A DNA stretch of 64,000 bases from Thermodesulfobacteriota bacterium (GTDB taxonomy: Bacteria; Desulfobacterota; Desulfobacteria; Desulfobacterales; SURF-7), in contig JBMORA010000038.1 of assembly GCA_049320885.1 (NCBI GenBank), forward strand, positions 34,233-98,232. The letters are read 5' to 3'. The notes under the pieces were generated by a model. It saw only the letters and a program-made list of their open reading frames with translations. It searched no databases and was not told where the DNA came from. Of the stretch, positions 1-7,657 are shown piece by piece. The position numbers and the translations under genes are program-made. Numbering within the stretch: position 1 is the stretch's first letter; each line of letters starts with the position of its first letter.

Positions 1-411
1 GGTCTCCCGTTCGCCGTCTTCCTGCTCTTCGGCGGTCCCGGCGATTCCTTCCGGAACATGCAGGAAACCCAGCGGCTGCTCACGGATTTCGGCAAGGCCA
101 ACGCCGTATTCGCCTCCCTGGGCATCCGCATCTACCGGGACGCCCCGATCCACCAAAAGGCCCTGGAGGAGGGCCGGCTTGGGGCCCGGGACCCGCTGTT
201 GCAGCCGGTGTATTATCTTTCCTCCTCGCTGGAATCGGACATTGTGTCCAAACTCGATCGTCTGGCGCGGCGGGAAGCGACCTGGAGCACGCCGTCCGAC
301 TGGAACTCCCTGCTGGTGAACCTGGTCCAGAGAATTCTGGGGCGCCTGCGGGTCATTCCCAATTGGAAGGATATCGAAGCCTACGGTGCGCATATGAGAA
401 GACAATGGTGA
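1..411 (+). CDS. C-terminal part of a radical SAM protein (B12-binding/lipid-biosynthesis type), truncated by the window edge
   Basis: Frame +1 is open from base 1: GLPFAVFLLFGGPGDS...LGIRIYRDAPIHQKALEEG...LLQPVYYLS, typical of class B radical SAM C-termini. Confidence 0.65.
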   Translation, partial: GLPFAVFLLFGGPGDSFRNMQETQRLLTDFGKANAVFASLGIRIYRDAPIHQKALEEGRLGARDPLLQPVYYLSSSLESDIVSKLDRLARREATWSTPSDWNSLLVNLVQRILGRLRVIPNWKDIEAYGAHMRRQW

Positions 412-1586
412 CGAAACACTGCGATGTGGCCGTCGTCGGTGCCGGACCGGCCGGGATCGCCGCGGCGATTTGTTCCGCCCGCGCCGGTTGCCGTACGGTT
501 CTGGTCGAGCGAAACGGTTTCCCGGGCGGCATGGTCGTAAAAGGCGCCATATCCACCCTATGCGGCCTGTATCTCCATACCGGAGCCGTCCCTCGCTTTA
601 TTTATGACGGATTCACCGCCGAGTTCATCCGCCGCCTGATGAAAACGGACCGGGTGGCCGGACCGCTGCGGATGGGCAAGCTTCATGTGTTGCCGTTCCG
701 TCCGGACTCGTTCCAGGGTCTCGCCGGCGTCCTGATTGACGGGCAACGGGAAGTGCAGGCCTTTTTTTCCGCCGAACTCACGGGCGTCGCCGTGAACCGG
801 ACCCGCATCGAAAGACTTGCCATCCGGGCAGGCGGGAAGTCGTGGGAGATGGAAACCGGGGTAGTCATCGATTGCAGCGGAAACGCCGCCGTGGCCCGGC
901 TTGCCGGCCTGAATGTCATGACGGGGGATCCGGCCCGGCAATCGCCGGCGGTAATGGTTCCGGTGGGGAACGTAACCGGTGCTTTGTCGTCGCCCGCCAG
1001 GCGGATTCAGATCCTGCTGGCCCTGCAGCGCGCCGCCATGGCCGGAAATCTGCCGAAAGAAGCCGCCACCGTCGCCTTCATGCCCTCGCTGGATGAGGAT
1101 ACCGTTGTTCTGAAATTGAATCCGGGAGCAGCGGCCGCGGACCCGGACAACTCCGGGTCGGGCCGCCGGGCCGCCGCCGCGCTGCTGGCCTATTTGCAGG
1201 CCCATGTGGCCGAATTCGCCCGCAGCAGCGTGATGGGGGAGAGCTTTCCACTTCTTCAGCGCACCTCCCACCGGCTCGTCGGGAGATATGTTTTGAAAGG
1301 CGGGGATGTCCTCCGGGCCGCGATTTTTCCGGATGCGGTTGCGCAGGGATGCTGGCCCATGGAACAATGGGATGCGGAGGGCCGGCAGCGGCTGCGTTAT
1401 CTTCCTTCCGGAGAATGCTATGATATCCCTTCCGGAGCGCTGCAGGCCGTGGGTCTGGAGAATCTGTTCATGGCCGGCAAAACCATCAGTGCCGATGAAG
1501 ACGCCATCGCCTCGGCCCGGGTGATCGGCTGCTGCCTGGCCACCGGTGAAGCCGCCGGTCGGCTGGCTGCCGCGGCCTGTTTGTAG
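405..1586 (+). CDS. FAD-dependent oxidoreductase
   Basis: N-terminal DVAVVGAGPAG Rossmann motif, VIDCSGNA, C-terminal YDIP...NLFMAGKTIS...SARVIGCCLATGEAAG; ATG at 405 overlaps the upstream stop. Confidence 0.85.
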   Translation: MVTKHCDVAVVGAGPAGIAAAICSARAGCRTVLVERNGFPGGMVVKGAISTLCGLYLHTGAVPRFIYDGFTAEFIRRLMKTDRVAGPLRMGKLHVLPFRPDSFQGLAGVLIDGQREVQAFFSAELTGVAVNRTRIERLAIRAGGKSWEMETGVVIDCSGNAAVARLAGLNVMTGDPARQSPAVMVPVGNVTGALSSPARRIQILLALQRAAMAGNLPKEAATVAFMPSLDEDTVVLKLNPGAAAADPDNSGSGRRAAAALLAYLQAHVAEFARSSVMGESFPLLQRTSHRLVGRYVLKGGDVLRAAIFPDAVAQGCWPMEQWDAEGRQRLRYLPSGECYDIPSGALQAVGLENLFMAGKTISADEDAIASARVIGCCLATGEAAGRLAAAACL

Positions 1587-1594
1587 GGACGCTG

Positions 1595-2413
1595 TCAGGC
1601 GTTTTCCGCCTGTATGCCGTGCCGCAGGGAGAGTTTCTGAAACATCTGGGCAAGCCCGGCGGCCAGGGAAAAAACGGAACCGATATCCAGGTTGTCGTTG
1701 ACGCTTTCATCGAAGAAAAGATTCAGGCTGGATTCAAGTCCGTCTTCATTGGACCAGTAACAGACCATGATGGGGACCTTGGGCAGGGGATGCAGCACAA
1801 CGGAGACATCCGATTCAAATTGCTCCGGCACCTGCCGGCCGCCGAACAGATGAACCATGTCGTCGAACAGTTCCGTATAGGAATCGGCCACCTGCTTCAT
1901 GGGTTCTTCACAGCGTTTCTGAAACAGCCCGTAACGCTCCCGGCCTTCCTTCAGGTCCCGGAAGGAAAGCCAGTTTCCGGTGACCGGTTTCCCCTTGCCA
2001 TACAGAATATACATCATGAACGGGACCGCCACCCATGGATTGATATGGATATCCGAGGCCAGATTCCCGTTACGGTCCACACTGAAATCCTTGCCCAGGA
2101 TCTTGAGGATCAGGCGGTTTTCCTCGACCCGCCCGCCGGTTCTTGCCGCCGCTTCCGCAAAATCAAGCCCGCCGAAGGCGGCCTTCAGTTTTGCCATGGC
2201 TTCATCCCGGTTCCGCTCGGCGACGTTTCCGCCGGTCTCCGCGTCCGCGAATCGCTTCCGGATCTCCGGATTCAGCACCGGGCATTCGGAAATGCTTCGC
2301 CGGCCCTGAAAAACCGCTCCGGCAAAGGCCAGGCAGGTTTTTTCACCGCATTTCCGGCAGTTGGATTTGTCGAGCCATTTGAACACTTCCATGGCATTTC
2401 GGGGTCGGGGCAT
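1595..2413 (-). CDS. DUF3786 domain protein with N-terminal 4Fe-4S domain
   Basis: SNCRKCGEKTCLAFA...CP Fe-S motif, then WLSFRDL and LHPLPKVPI...LFFD. Confidence 0.8.
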   Translation of the reverse strand: MPRPRNAMEVFKWLDKSNCRKCGEKTCLAFAGAVFQGRRSISECPVLNPEIRKRFADAETGGNVAERNRDEAMAKLKAAFGGLDFAEAAARTGGRVEENRLILKILGKDFSVDRNGNLASDIHINPWVAVPFMMYILYGKGKPVTGNWLSFRDLKEGRERYGLFQKRCEEPMKQVADSYTELFDDMVHLFGGRQVPEQFESDVSVVLHPLPKVPIMVCYWSNEDGLESSLNLFFDESVNDNLDIGSVFSLAAGLAQMFQKLSLRHGIQAENA

Positions 2414-2554
2414 GGATCGCACCTCCTGCTGGTTTTTATTTTCCAATACCAACGGGTCGATATCCTGTCAAGCCGCACAACCGGGCGGTCTTTACAGTCG
2501 CGCATGCATCTGGTACATTGATCTTCGATTCATCGACCCAAAAGGATGCATTGA

Positions 2555-2986
2555 ATGCTCGAAATTTCCCAGAAAGTCTCCATCCCGGACAGCGAAATCG
2601 AAATCAGCGCCGTCCGCTCCCAAGGCGCCGGCGGCCAGAATGTCAATAAGGTCTCCAGCGCGGTGCACCTGCGCTTCAACATCCTGTCGTCCTCGCTGCC
2701 GGATTTTTACAAGGAACGGTTGACAAAACGCAGTGACCGCCGGATTACCCACGACGGCGTCATCGTCATCAAGGCCCAGAGATTCCGCAGTCAGGAGAAA
2801 AACCGGGAGGACGCGTTGCTGCGCCTCCGGGAGCTCGTCCGCAGCGCCGCGGTCTTCAGCAAAAAGCGCACCCCCACCGCCCCGACCCGGGCGGCCGGTC
2901 GCAAACGGATGGATCAAAAAACCAAACACGGCAGGCTCAAGGAATCGCGCAGGTCGATCCGCACAACGGATGGGGATGCCGGATAA
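2555..2986 (+). CDS. arfB: Alternative ribosome rescue peptidyl-tRNA hydrolase ArfB
   Basis: RSQGAGGQNVNKVSSAVHLRF (GGQ motif), RSQEKNREDA and a basic C-terminal tail. Confidence 0.93.
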   Translation: MLEISQKVSIPDSEIEISAVRSQGAGGQNVNKVSSAVHLRFNILSSSLPDFYKERLTKRSDRRITHDGVIVIKAQRFRSQEKNREDALLRLRELVRSAAVFSKKRTPTAPTRAAGRKRMDQKTKHGRLKESRRSIRTTDGDAG

Positions 2987-2992
2987 CAGCGC

Positions 2993-3871
2993 TTACAGGC
3001 CGCGCAGCGCTTCACTGCGCAGGGAGCGCATATCCCGTTTTTCCAGCACTTCGCGGACCGTTTCCAGCATGCGGGCCTTGTCTTTCTGGAGGGTGCCGCT
3101 GACCGGCAGGTAGTTGGAAGCATGGGCGCCGACGAATTTCAAGCCGTCGATTTCGATATGTTCAAACATCCACTTCATTTCCTCCAGGGTCTCGAAGGCG
3201 TCCGGCAGCTGGAACTTTCCGGATTGGACCTGTTGATATAAAGCGGTATGCGGAACCGGTGTAAAGGTAAGGGCCGCCAGATAGCGGGGCTTCATTTCGT
3301 TGGTGATCCGGGCCGTGGCCAGGGCATGGGCTTTCGATGCAGCTCCTTTTCCGGCGATGCCCAGCATCACCATGGAAGAAAGATTCATGCCGGCCGCCAC
3401 CAGGTTCTGTCCCGCCCGAAGCATTTCCTGATAGGTAACCCCCTTGTTGACGGCCCGCAGCACGTTTTCATCCCCGCTTTCCACTCCCAGATAGGCCTTG
3501 GTCAAGCCGGCGGCCCGCAGGGCAGAGAGTTCGGACATGCTTTTTGCAAGGGTGCTTTGGGGGCCCACATAGGTTCCCACATGCCGCAGGGAAGGAAACG
3601 CCCGGTATAATGTTCCCAATATGGTCAGCAGGGTGTCGGTGGGAATGTCGATGGCGTCGCCGTCGCACAGGAACACCTTTTCCACATCACCGTAATATTC
3701 CACGGCCATGCGGATATCTTCCCTGATTTCCTCCAGGCTGCGGACCCGGTAGCGCCGGTCCTTGTACATGCCGCAGAAGGTGCAGCGGTTGTGGGAGCAT
3801 CCGATGGTGCATTGCAGCAGATAGCTGTTCGCCTCGCTGAATGGTCTGAAGATATTGCCTTCGTATCGCAT
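2993..3871 (-). CDS. Radical SAM protein
   Basis: MRYEGNIFRP...TIGCSHNRCTFCGMYK (CxxxCxxC), YLGVESG, HASNYL. Confidence 0.88.
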   Translation of the reverse strand: MRYEGNIFRPFSEANSYLLQCTIGCSHNRCTFCGMYKDRRYRVRSLEEIREDIRMAVEYYGDVEKVFLCDGDAIDIPTDTLLTILGTLYRAFPSLRHVGTYVGPQSTLAKSMSELSALRAAGLTKAYLGVESGDENVLRAVNKGVTYQEMLRAGQNLVAAGMNLSSMVMLGIAGKGAASKAHALATARITNEMKPRYLAALTFTPVPHTALYQQVQSGKFQLPDAFETLEEMKWMFEHIEIDGLKFVGAHASNYLPVSGTLQKDKARMLETVREVLEKRDMRSLRSEALRGL

Positions 3872-4113
3872 GGAACGGTTCCTCCTGTTCACCGGAGCGT
3901 GGCTGCCGGCTGGCGGTTCCACTTCGGTTTTCCGGCGCTGCTTATACCCCTTGAACCGCGGAAAGGCAACAGGGATTTCCCTGTGTGGGGAGTTTCCATC
4001 TGTGGAAGCCTCTCCTGCAATTACCGCTTGACGGCTCCCGATTTTCGATCAACAATTCAACAGCTAAAACCGGCCTTGATGAATTGCCACGGATATTAAA
4101 AGGAATCCCGAGA

Positions 4114-5088
4114 ATGGAACCAATCAACACCCCCTTGGAAATGATTTTGCGCCCCATCGGCGTGGTCCGCAATGAACTCGAGCATCAATGGCCGCGGAAA
4201 GAGGCTGCGCAGCAGGAGCTGAAGGAAAGGTTGGCGGAAATCCGGGCCAAACAGGAACGGCTCCAAAACCTGGTCTCCGAGTTGATCATCGATCCCGGCC
4301 TGGAAGACCTGCTGGAGGGCATCGAGGAATTTTCCCATGTCGTGGTGCTGTACTGGCCGCACCATTTGCCCCCGGAAAGCCGCAACCTGAGAAAGGTGCG
4401 TCCCATGCGGCGCAAGGATCTGCCGGAAAAAGGAATTTTCGCCACCCGCAGTCCGGCCCGGCCCAACCCGATTCTGATCTCCACCGTGCGCCTCCTGGAG
4501 CGCAGGGGCAATATCCTGCGGGTCCAGGCCCTGGAGGCGGAAAACGGCAGTCCCATCGTGGACATCAAGCCCTATGTGGAGATCAAGCCGGAGGCGGAAA
4601 ACCCCCGTTTCCCGGATTGGCTGCGCAAGAGCCGAGAGGCTTTGGATCAAGATGAGATTGTTCTTCGGGAGCCTGCCAAGGGATTGGCGAAAGCGTTTGA
4701 GCTGTTGACCGATCTGCCCGATGACTTTTTTTCGGAAGGCCGTCGGGATATTCCTCCGCAGCATCGGGAGGGTCCATGCCGGCATTGGTTTCCCGGTGGT
4801 TTTGCTACAAAGACCCGTCCAACTCGTCGGCCACCGGTTTCTTGCACACCCGGCAGCGCTGGGCTCCCCGGAACAAGGGGTTGCCGCAGCCGGAACAATG
4901 ATAGCGCTCGCATTCCGACCGGGCCCATTCCACGCTGCCTTCCTCGTCGCCCAGGGCCGCGACCTTTTCCCGCCAGACGGGGATGGTGCGCTTCATCACC
5001 CGGCAGCCGGTGGCCAGGGGGAATTTTTCGATCATGTCGCAGGGCCATTCCCCGCATTGATGGCAGGAATAGTATCCCTTGGCCTTGA
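4114..5088 (+). CDS. trmO: tRNA m6t6A37 methyltransferase TrmO (TsaA) with an abnormal C-terminal read-through extension
   Basis: LRPIGVV, LEGIEEFSHVVVLYW, GIFATRSPARPNPI, GSPIVDIKPY; the TrmO domain ends near 4650 but the frame stays open to 5088. Confidence 0.85.
   Translation: MEPINTPLEMILRPIGVVRNELEHQWPRKEAAQQELKERLAEIRAKQERLQNLVSELIIDPGLEDLLEGIEEFSHVVVLYWPHHLPPESRNLRKVRPMRRKDLPEKGIFATRSPARPNPILISTVRLLERRGNILRVQALEAENGSPIVDIKPYVEIKPEAENPRFPDWLRKSREALDQDEIVLREPAKGLAKAFELLTDLPDDFFSEGRRDIPPQHREGPCRHWFPGGFATKTRPTRRPPVSCTPGSAGLPGTRGCRSRNNDSARIPTGPIPRCLPRRPGPRPFPARRGWCASSPGSRWPGGIFRSCRRAIPRIDGRNSIPWP
4651..4773 (+). pseudogene. C-terminal half of a VapB (AbrB/MazE-type) antitoxin, in frame with trmO
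   Basis: DEIVLREPAKGLAKAFELLTDLPDDFFSEGRRDIPPQHREG resembles VapB C-termini; no N-terminal GNSQAVRLP half and no vapC. Confidence 0.7.
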
Positions 5089-5326
5089 CGCAATCCCGGA
5101 TGCTGCACGCTTTGCAGAAACCGTAGAGCTGTTTCGGCGGGTCCGGCTGCATGCAGCCGAGGCATTCGGTCTCCTCGGGTTTGGTGCCATATAGATTCCC
5201 CATGACGGTCTTGAATTTTTCGTTGCCGTCCCGGGTGGCGATATAAATTCCGCAGGCCCCGCAATACAGGCCGCAGGGCGCCATGATTTCCTTGTTCCGG
5301 ATTTCTTCCTCGGTCCAACCTTGCAT
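4805..5326 (-). CDS. DUF3795 cysteine-rich protein
   Basis: APCGLYCGAC, CLGC, CSIRDCV...CHQCGEWPC and a C-terminal CSGC..CRVC zinc ribbon; GGAGGGG RBS. Confidence 0.82.
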   Translation of the reverse strand: MQGWTEEEIRNKEIMAPCGLYCGACGIYIATRDGNEKFKTVMGNLYGTKPEETECLGCMQPDPPKQLYGFCKACSIRDCVKAKGYYSCHQCGEWPCDMIEKFPLATGCRVMKRTIPVWREKVAALGDEEGSVEWARSECERYHCSGCGNPLFRGAQRCRVCKKPVADELDGSL

Positions 5327-5578
5327 TGCATTCCCCTCCTTGGTTGTCGCCATCGTATTTCCCGCATGTCGAAAGCCGTCGCCAGCGAATCCGGCGGTGG
5401 CCATCCACCGCGAGGATTAGGTGCGCAGGGCGATGCTCTTTTACTCTACGAACAATTGCGCGGGACTTCAAGTCCAAAGCCACCGGAGTCTTTTCCCGGA
5501 GCGGACCGCCACGGGGTGACGCGTTGGGTCTTTCTTCTTAATGCTCCTGTGGTTTCAGTGAGTTGTATATTGGGGGGC

Positions 5579-5607
5579 TTGACATGAAAGAACCCTTGGC
5601 ATATGCT
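5579..5607 (+). promoter_or_regulatory. sigma70-type promoter for the PilZ-SH3-M48-cyclase operon
   Basis: TTGACA-N17-TATGCT. Confidence 0.6.
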
Positions 5608-5740
5608 CGGCCTGCAACAAAAGAGGACTTCCGGCCATATCCGGGCATTCCCGCCGGCATCTGAAAACGAACCATTAAATTGACCACTGCTTCCGGCGGC
5701 GCCCATCAGGATTTTCAATCAAGGATGTGAGAGGAGAACG

Positions 5741-6121
5741 GTGTTGTCCAGCAGCAAATACCCGAATGAAAAACGAAAGGAAGCCAGGGCGGAATTTTAT
5801 CCCCTGGTGGCCTTGCGATCGGGCAAGACGGAGATTCTTCCCAAAAGCAGGGCCCAGGACATCAGCATGACCGGGATTTTCATCAACACGGAGAAGACCC
5901 TGCCGGTGGGCAAGGATTGCGATGTCCAAATCTACCTGAAAGGCAAATCCAGTATCCTGATGCTGATCATCAAAGGAAAAGTCGTGCGCAGTTCCCAAGC
6001 CGGAATCGGGATTACCTTTAAAAAACTGGATGTGGATACCTATTTTCTGCTCAACGCCATCCTGAACAACGCCGTCCTGGACCCGACCACCATTATCAAT
6101 GAAATTTTTCCGTTTGAATGA
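5741..6121 (+). CDS. PilZ domain protein (c-di-GMP receptor)
   Basis: EKRKEAR (RxxxR), DISMTG (DxSxxG), GKVVR...GIGITF; GAGGAG RBS before GTG. Confidence 0.88.
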   Translation: MLSSSKYPNEKRKEARAEFYPLVALRSGKTEILPKSRAQDISMTGIFINTEKTLPVGKDCDVQIYLKGKSSILMLIIKGKVVRSSQAGIGITFKKLDVDTYFLLNAILNNAVLDPTTIINEIFPFE

Positions 6122-6128
6122 GGACAGT

Positions 6129-6635
6129 ATGTGGAAACCGATCTGCACCTTGCCGGCGTTGATGCTCGCCGGGTTTTTCGGCCTCTTCCTGGCTGCCGCG
6201 CCGGCATTCGCGGAAAAGGCCATGAGCGTCCAGATCCGTAAGGCGGAGCTGCGGTCCGGTCCGTCTTACCTGGCCAAACCCCTGGCCCAGGCCGTTTATG
6301 GCGACCGCCTGTTCATTGATGCGGAAAAAGGTCCCTGGCGGAAAGTGCGCAATCCGAAAACCGGGAAAACCGGATGGCTGCATCAGTCCGCGCTGACGCC
6401 CAAAACCATCAAGCTGACGGCCGGCGACAAGGATGTGGCCCTTTCGGCCTCCTCGGACGAGCTGCAACTGGCCGGCAAGGGCTTTAACAAACAGGTGGAA
6501 GAGGAGTTCAAAAATCGGAACCGGGACGTCAGTTTTGAATGGGTTGACCGGATGAGCCGGATCACCGTCTCCCAGGATCAGAAACAGGCTTTTCTCCAAA
6601 ACGGCCGGCTTACCCCCCGGGAGGACGCGAAATGA
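6129..6635 (+). CDS. Exported SH3-domain protein
   Basis: Signal peptide (APAFA), LRSGPS...W.KV...GWLHQSAL bacterial SH3, ELQLAGKGFNKQVE. Confidence 0.8.
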   Translation: MWKPICTLPALMLAGFFGLFLAAAPAFAEKAMSVQIRKAELRSGPSYLAKPLAQAVYGDRLFIDAEKGPWRKVRNPKTGKTGWLHQSALTPKTIKLTAGDKDVALSASSDELQLAGKGFNKQVEEEFKNRNRDVSFEWVDRMSRITVSQDQKQAFLQNGRLTPREDAK

Positions 6636-7570
6636 ATCCACATGGAAAAAAGAACGGACATTCGCATCCGGTGAAATATCGGCTGGCGGTATGGCTGCTG
6701 CTGTTCACGGTTGTCGTTACCGGCTGTCGCAAGACCATGGGGGTCATCGCGGATGTCGGCGCGGCGTCCGGCGCCATCAGCGGTCAGCAGGCCGATTCCA
6801 TCAAGAAATCCGGAGCCGCCCTTGAAAAAACCTTCGAGGACATCACCCCGGAACAGGAATATTATATCGGCCGCACCGTGGGCGCGGTGATCACTGGCAA
6901 GTACACGGTATACAACCAGACGAAGGCCACCGAGTATATCAATGTGCTGGGCCAGACCCTGGCTCAGTACTCGGATATGCCGGAAACCTTCGGCGGCTAC
7001 CATTTCCTGATCCTGGACTCCGAGGAAATCAACGCGTTTGCCGCGCCCGGCGGTTTGATCTTCGTCACCCGGGGATTGTTGCGCTGCTGTAAAAACGAAG
7101 ACGCCGTGGCGGCGGTGCTGGCCCATGAAATCGGTCATGTGCAGCATCAGCACGGACTCCGGGCCATTGAGAAATCCCGCATGACCGCCGCCGTCACGAC
7201 CCTGGCCCTGGAAAGCGCCAAATCCTTCGGCGGCGAGGAACTGGCCTCCCTGACCACCACTTTCGAGGGATCGATTGCGGACATCACCGGAACCCTGATC
7301 AACAGCGGGTACTCCCGCGCGTTCGAGCGCCAGGCGGATCAGGCCGCCGTATCCATTCTCGATCGGGTGGGCTACAGCCCCGCGGGCCTCATCGACATGC
7401 TGGAAGTCATGAAAACCCGCATCCGGCCGGGCGGACCGGATTTTGCCAAAACCCATCCGTCACCAGAGGACCGGATCGCGGATATCCGCGGAATCAAGCC
7501 AGCGATTGCCCAGGTCAGGGATGACCCGGCGCGCGCCGCCAGATTCAAGGCCGCGCTGAAAGGGGTGTGA
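6632..7570 (+). CDS. M48 family zinc metalloprotease lipoprotein
   Basis: Lipobox VVTGC, INAFAAPGG, LAHEIGHV (HExxH), ERQAD, THPSPEDR. Confidence 0.9.
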   Translation: MNPHGKKNGHSHPVKYRLAVWLLLFTVVVTGCRKTMGVIADVGAASGAISGQQADSIKKSGAALEKTFEDITPEQEYYIGRTVGAVITGKYTVYNQTKATEYINVLGQTLAQYSDMPETFGGYHFLILDSEEINAFAAPGGLIFVTRGLLRCCKNEDAVAAVLAHEIGHVQHQHGLRAIEKSRMTAAVTTLALESAKSFGGEELASLTTTFEGSIADITGTLINSGYSRAFERQADQAAVSILDRVGYSPAGLIDMLEVMKTRIRPGGPDFAKTHPSPEDRIADIRGIKPAIAQVRDDPARAARFKAALKGV

Positions 7571-7657
7571 TATCGACAGGCTTGTCGTTTCCGAATGCGG
7601 GAGATGGTTCCAGCGCTCCAAGAGCGGCCGATATCGACGTATTGAGAGGAATCATCC

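Noticed and set aside
3950..4020. Two small hairpins upstream of trmO
   Set aside because: No match to a riboswitch consensus I recognise; could be chance.
5330..5560. Possible c-di-GMP riboswitch near the PilZ gene (CAAAGCCACCGG)
   Set aside because: Lacks the GGCAAA/GNRA P2 stem and the GACGCAAA context.
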